Assembly: GCF_022539665.2 (NCBI RefSeq)
Contig: NC_081331.1
Span: 9,610,001 to 9,674,000, forward strand
Length of the DNA: 64,000 nt
Direction of reading: 5' to 3'
Origin: Daphnia carinata
Lineage: Eukaryota
Below the pieces are notes generated by a model. The model was not told where the DNA came from. It was given only the letters and a program-made list of their open reading frames with translations, and did no database searches. The position numbers and the translations under genes are program-made. Below, in pieces: positions 61,826 to 64,000 of this stretch. The stretch's first letter is position 1. Each line of letters begins with the position of its first letter.

Positions 61826-64000
61826 GAACCCGCCGACCGAAGCGTGGCCGCCGGGACGTGCTACCAAACCCTTGCCTCACCAACTCTCCGCTGAACATGA
61901 TGGAACCCGAAGAAATATATCCTGGCATGAAGTCATCAAAGAAGAAAATAAAAGCGATACTATTGGAAAAAAATCTGGGAAATAACAAAACTTGTGAGTA
62001 AAACTTCCAAAATTTAAAAAATCTCCACCTTTATTTTCGATTCCTCTCGTCGAAGCCAAGATACATGGGGTACAGTATCATCCTGCCCAACAGAATTCGA
62101 AAAAGAAACCAGTATACTTACGGATGAACATGCTACGACAACGGTGTCGGAAAATCGGACGACCGAAAGACGTACTTTGCAATACCTCCTCCAGAAATAA
62201 CTAACAAAAACGCGGCTGTGGTCACGTTGGCAGAATAGGATATCGTCGAACAAAAAATAGCAGTTAAGACCGACCAGTTTTCTGATCGTGAACACCGTTC
62301 GGAATGGAAATTTTTGGGCCAGCTGAAGCTATTCCACACCTTTGGGCTACAAAACGAGACACAAAGGACGCTAAGCGACGTCCAAAGCGCCTTAAACGCT
62401 ACACAAGGATTCGAAAAAGTACCAAATGGCGATCGACCACAATCAACGGCCAAAATCAAGAAACATGGTGGTTTGCGCTGCGCGGAAACACCGTCGCTCT
62501 TCGCGCAAAGATGGAGCGAGTTCCTCTGGCCTGCCGCCTAACCATTTAACACCGAGGCCGCACGGAAACTTGACGAAACCGACACCGGAAAATCAACGCT
62601 ACAATGGACGCAACTCATTTCAAAATTCCAACCCCTCTTGCATGTAAAACTAGTACCCCTTAGATCATTGGCACCATAATATTTACAAAGACCGCGGTAA
62701 AGGTAAAACTCTCAACCCTCCTTGCTTCTATTCCTTTACTTCTTACAACTAAGAAATTTAAACGAAACAGGACATCTTATTAACCATCGACCCTTTATGT
62801 TATTTTTACTTGGAACTTTTGAAGTTTTATTGAGATTACAACTTCGATCCTTCCCTTATTGACCTTTCTATTGTTGAAGCTGTACTCTAGGTTTAGGCAC
62901 ACCTTATACAGAGACAATTGTATCTATACCGAACTCTAGGCTCGAGGGCGTCTGTATTCCTTTGACGGAGTGCGCCACAATGAGCTCCGGTTTAGGTTTA
63001 GGTTTAGACACTTTCGCTCAGATTTGTTGTACCGAGCTCCGGTTCGAGGGTGACTGTATTTCTTCTTCGGAACACACCACACTGAGCTCTGGGCTCGTTG
63101 ACGTCTGCGTCACTACTTGTTTATAGGTGTATCTTTGTTCTCTTCGCAATTTTCCGTTTCAAGTACAAATTCTTGTGTCTTCTGGGAACGAAGACTAACG
63201 CGATTATGTTCTGAAATATTCCGTTTTAGTTACGCCTCTTCTACCGCAAGTCTTACTACTTGCAGAAAAAAATTGCGAGATCTAATCTTCCAAGAAGGGG
63301 AGTCATGTAAGGACTTCAAGCTAAATTTAAGTTAGTTAGAAGACTCGCATACTCCCCGTGTTATCTCTCTACCCCGCTTGACCTTATTACTCCGATTTAC
63401 TCTTTTATTACCTTCTTCCGCGTGAACGAGGTGTCAACGGCACCAAGCTTATCAGTTAAGCTCGTTTCCCTTTTCAGACTGTTTTAACTTTTATTACCCC
63501 ACGCTAACCTTAGCGTCCCCAAACCAAGACGTGGTATAAACCCACACCCGAGCTTCCCATACCGAGTTCCCTCGTAGTCACCGCACGGACTAGTTGTGTG
63601 TATTTTTGTAATGTGTTTGTGCCAGACATAAATTGACTTTAAACACGAAACAATAAATAAACGACTTTCGAGTGTTTCAAATATGGTCCTTTAGGGCATG
63701 ATTACTTGAATTGTAAGGTCTTATGCTCATTCTTATCTTTGCACGGTTTTCAACCTAAGCGTGAAAGTATATGTACTGTTACTAATTTAAAATTGTAGAA
63801 AGGCTGCATCGTATTTTGAAACAGTTCGATTACTTAAGAATCAGAGCCAAAAGGCAACGGAGGGGCGCCTTCGCCCGGGAAAAACCATAGCTACTAATGG
63901 CGTTATGTTGACATCTAAACAAAATCGCTATCGGAAAATAACATAGACCTCCCGACGTAAAATTTCTCAAAAATAGTTATTAAACAAACTCGTGATTTAT

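Larger units (their letters stand above)
60390..63679 (+). mobile_element. Internally deleted LTR retrotransposon (Gypsy-like by inference)
   Basis: Diverged direct repeats: 60390-60499 matches 63332-63440 and 61567-61805 matches 63442-63679, both ending TGTTTCA. PBS at 61808. Polypurine tract AAGAAGGGGAG at 63292-63302 precedes TGTAAGG (63306). Only broken gag-like frames inside, no RT or integrase. Confidence 0.8.

Noticed and set aside
62989..63007. GGTTTAGGTTTAGGTTTAG as an interstitial telomere
   Set aside because: Only three hexamer units, not the arthropod TTAGG pentamer, and part of the retroelement's internal repeats.

Overview
Compact, intron-rich eukaryotic DNA. Many 55-90 nt GT-AG introns and four-codon first exons suggest a branchiopod crustacean such as Daphnia (inference). 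Genes, left to right: first coding exon of a somatomedin-B/spondin-like gene (- strand, rest probably beyond the left edge), two tandem cathepsin D-like proteases, a PMCA Ca2+-ATPase, a non-catalytic neuroligin-like transmembrane protein, VCP/p97, ASCC3, an orphan secreted protein, ZMPSTE24 (-) divergent from MANEA (+), and a secreted Cys-free collagen. The last ~9 kb is a repeat graveyard: a decayed ORF hit by a TA-targeting MITE, palindromic repeats, and a deleted LTR retroelement with a tRNA-Leu PBS and a nested LTR-like insert. Best observations: (1) a decayed alternative 3'-terminal exon just downstream of the PMCA stop, suggesting a paralog that lost a PDZ-binding isoform; (2) CpG depletion confined to the early exons of the four housekeeping genes. 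I found no tRNA, rRNA or CRISPR and no clearly new multi-gene system. Exon boundaries were read by eye and homologies are from memory, not searches.
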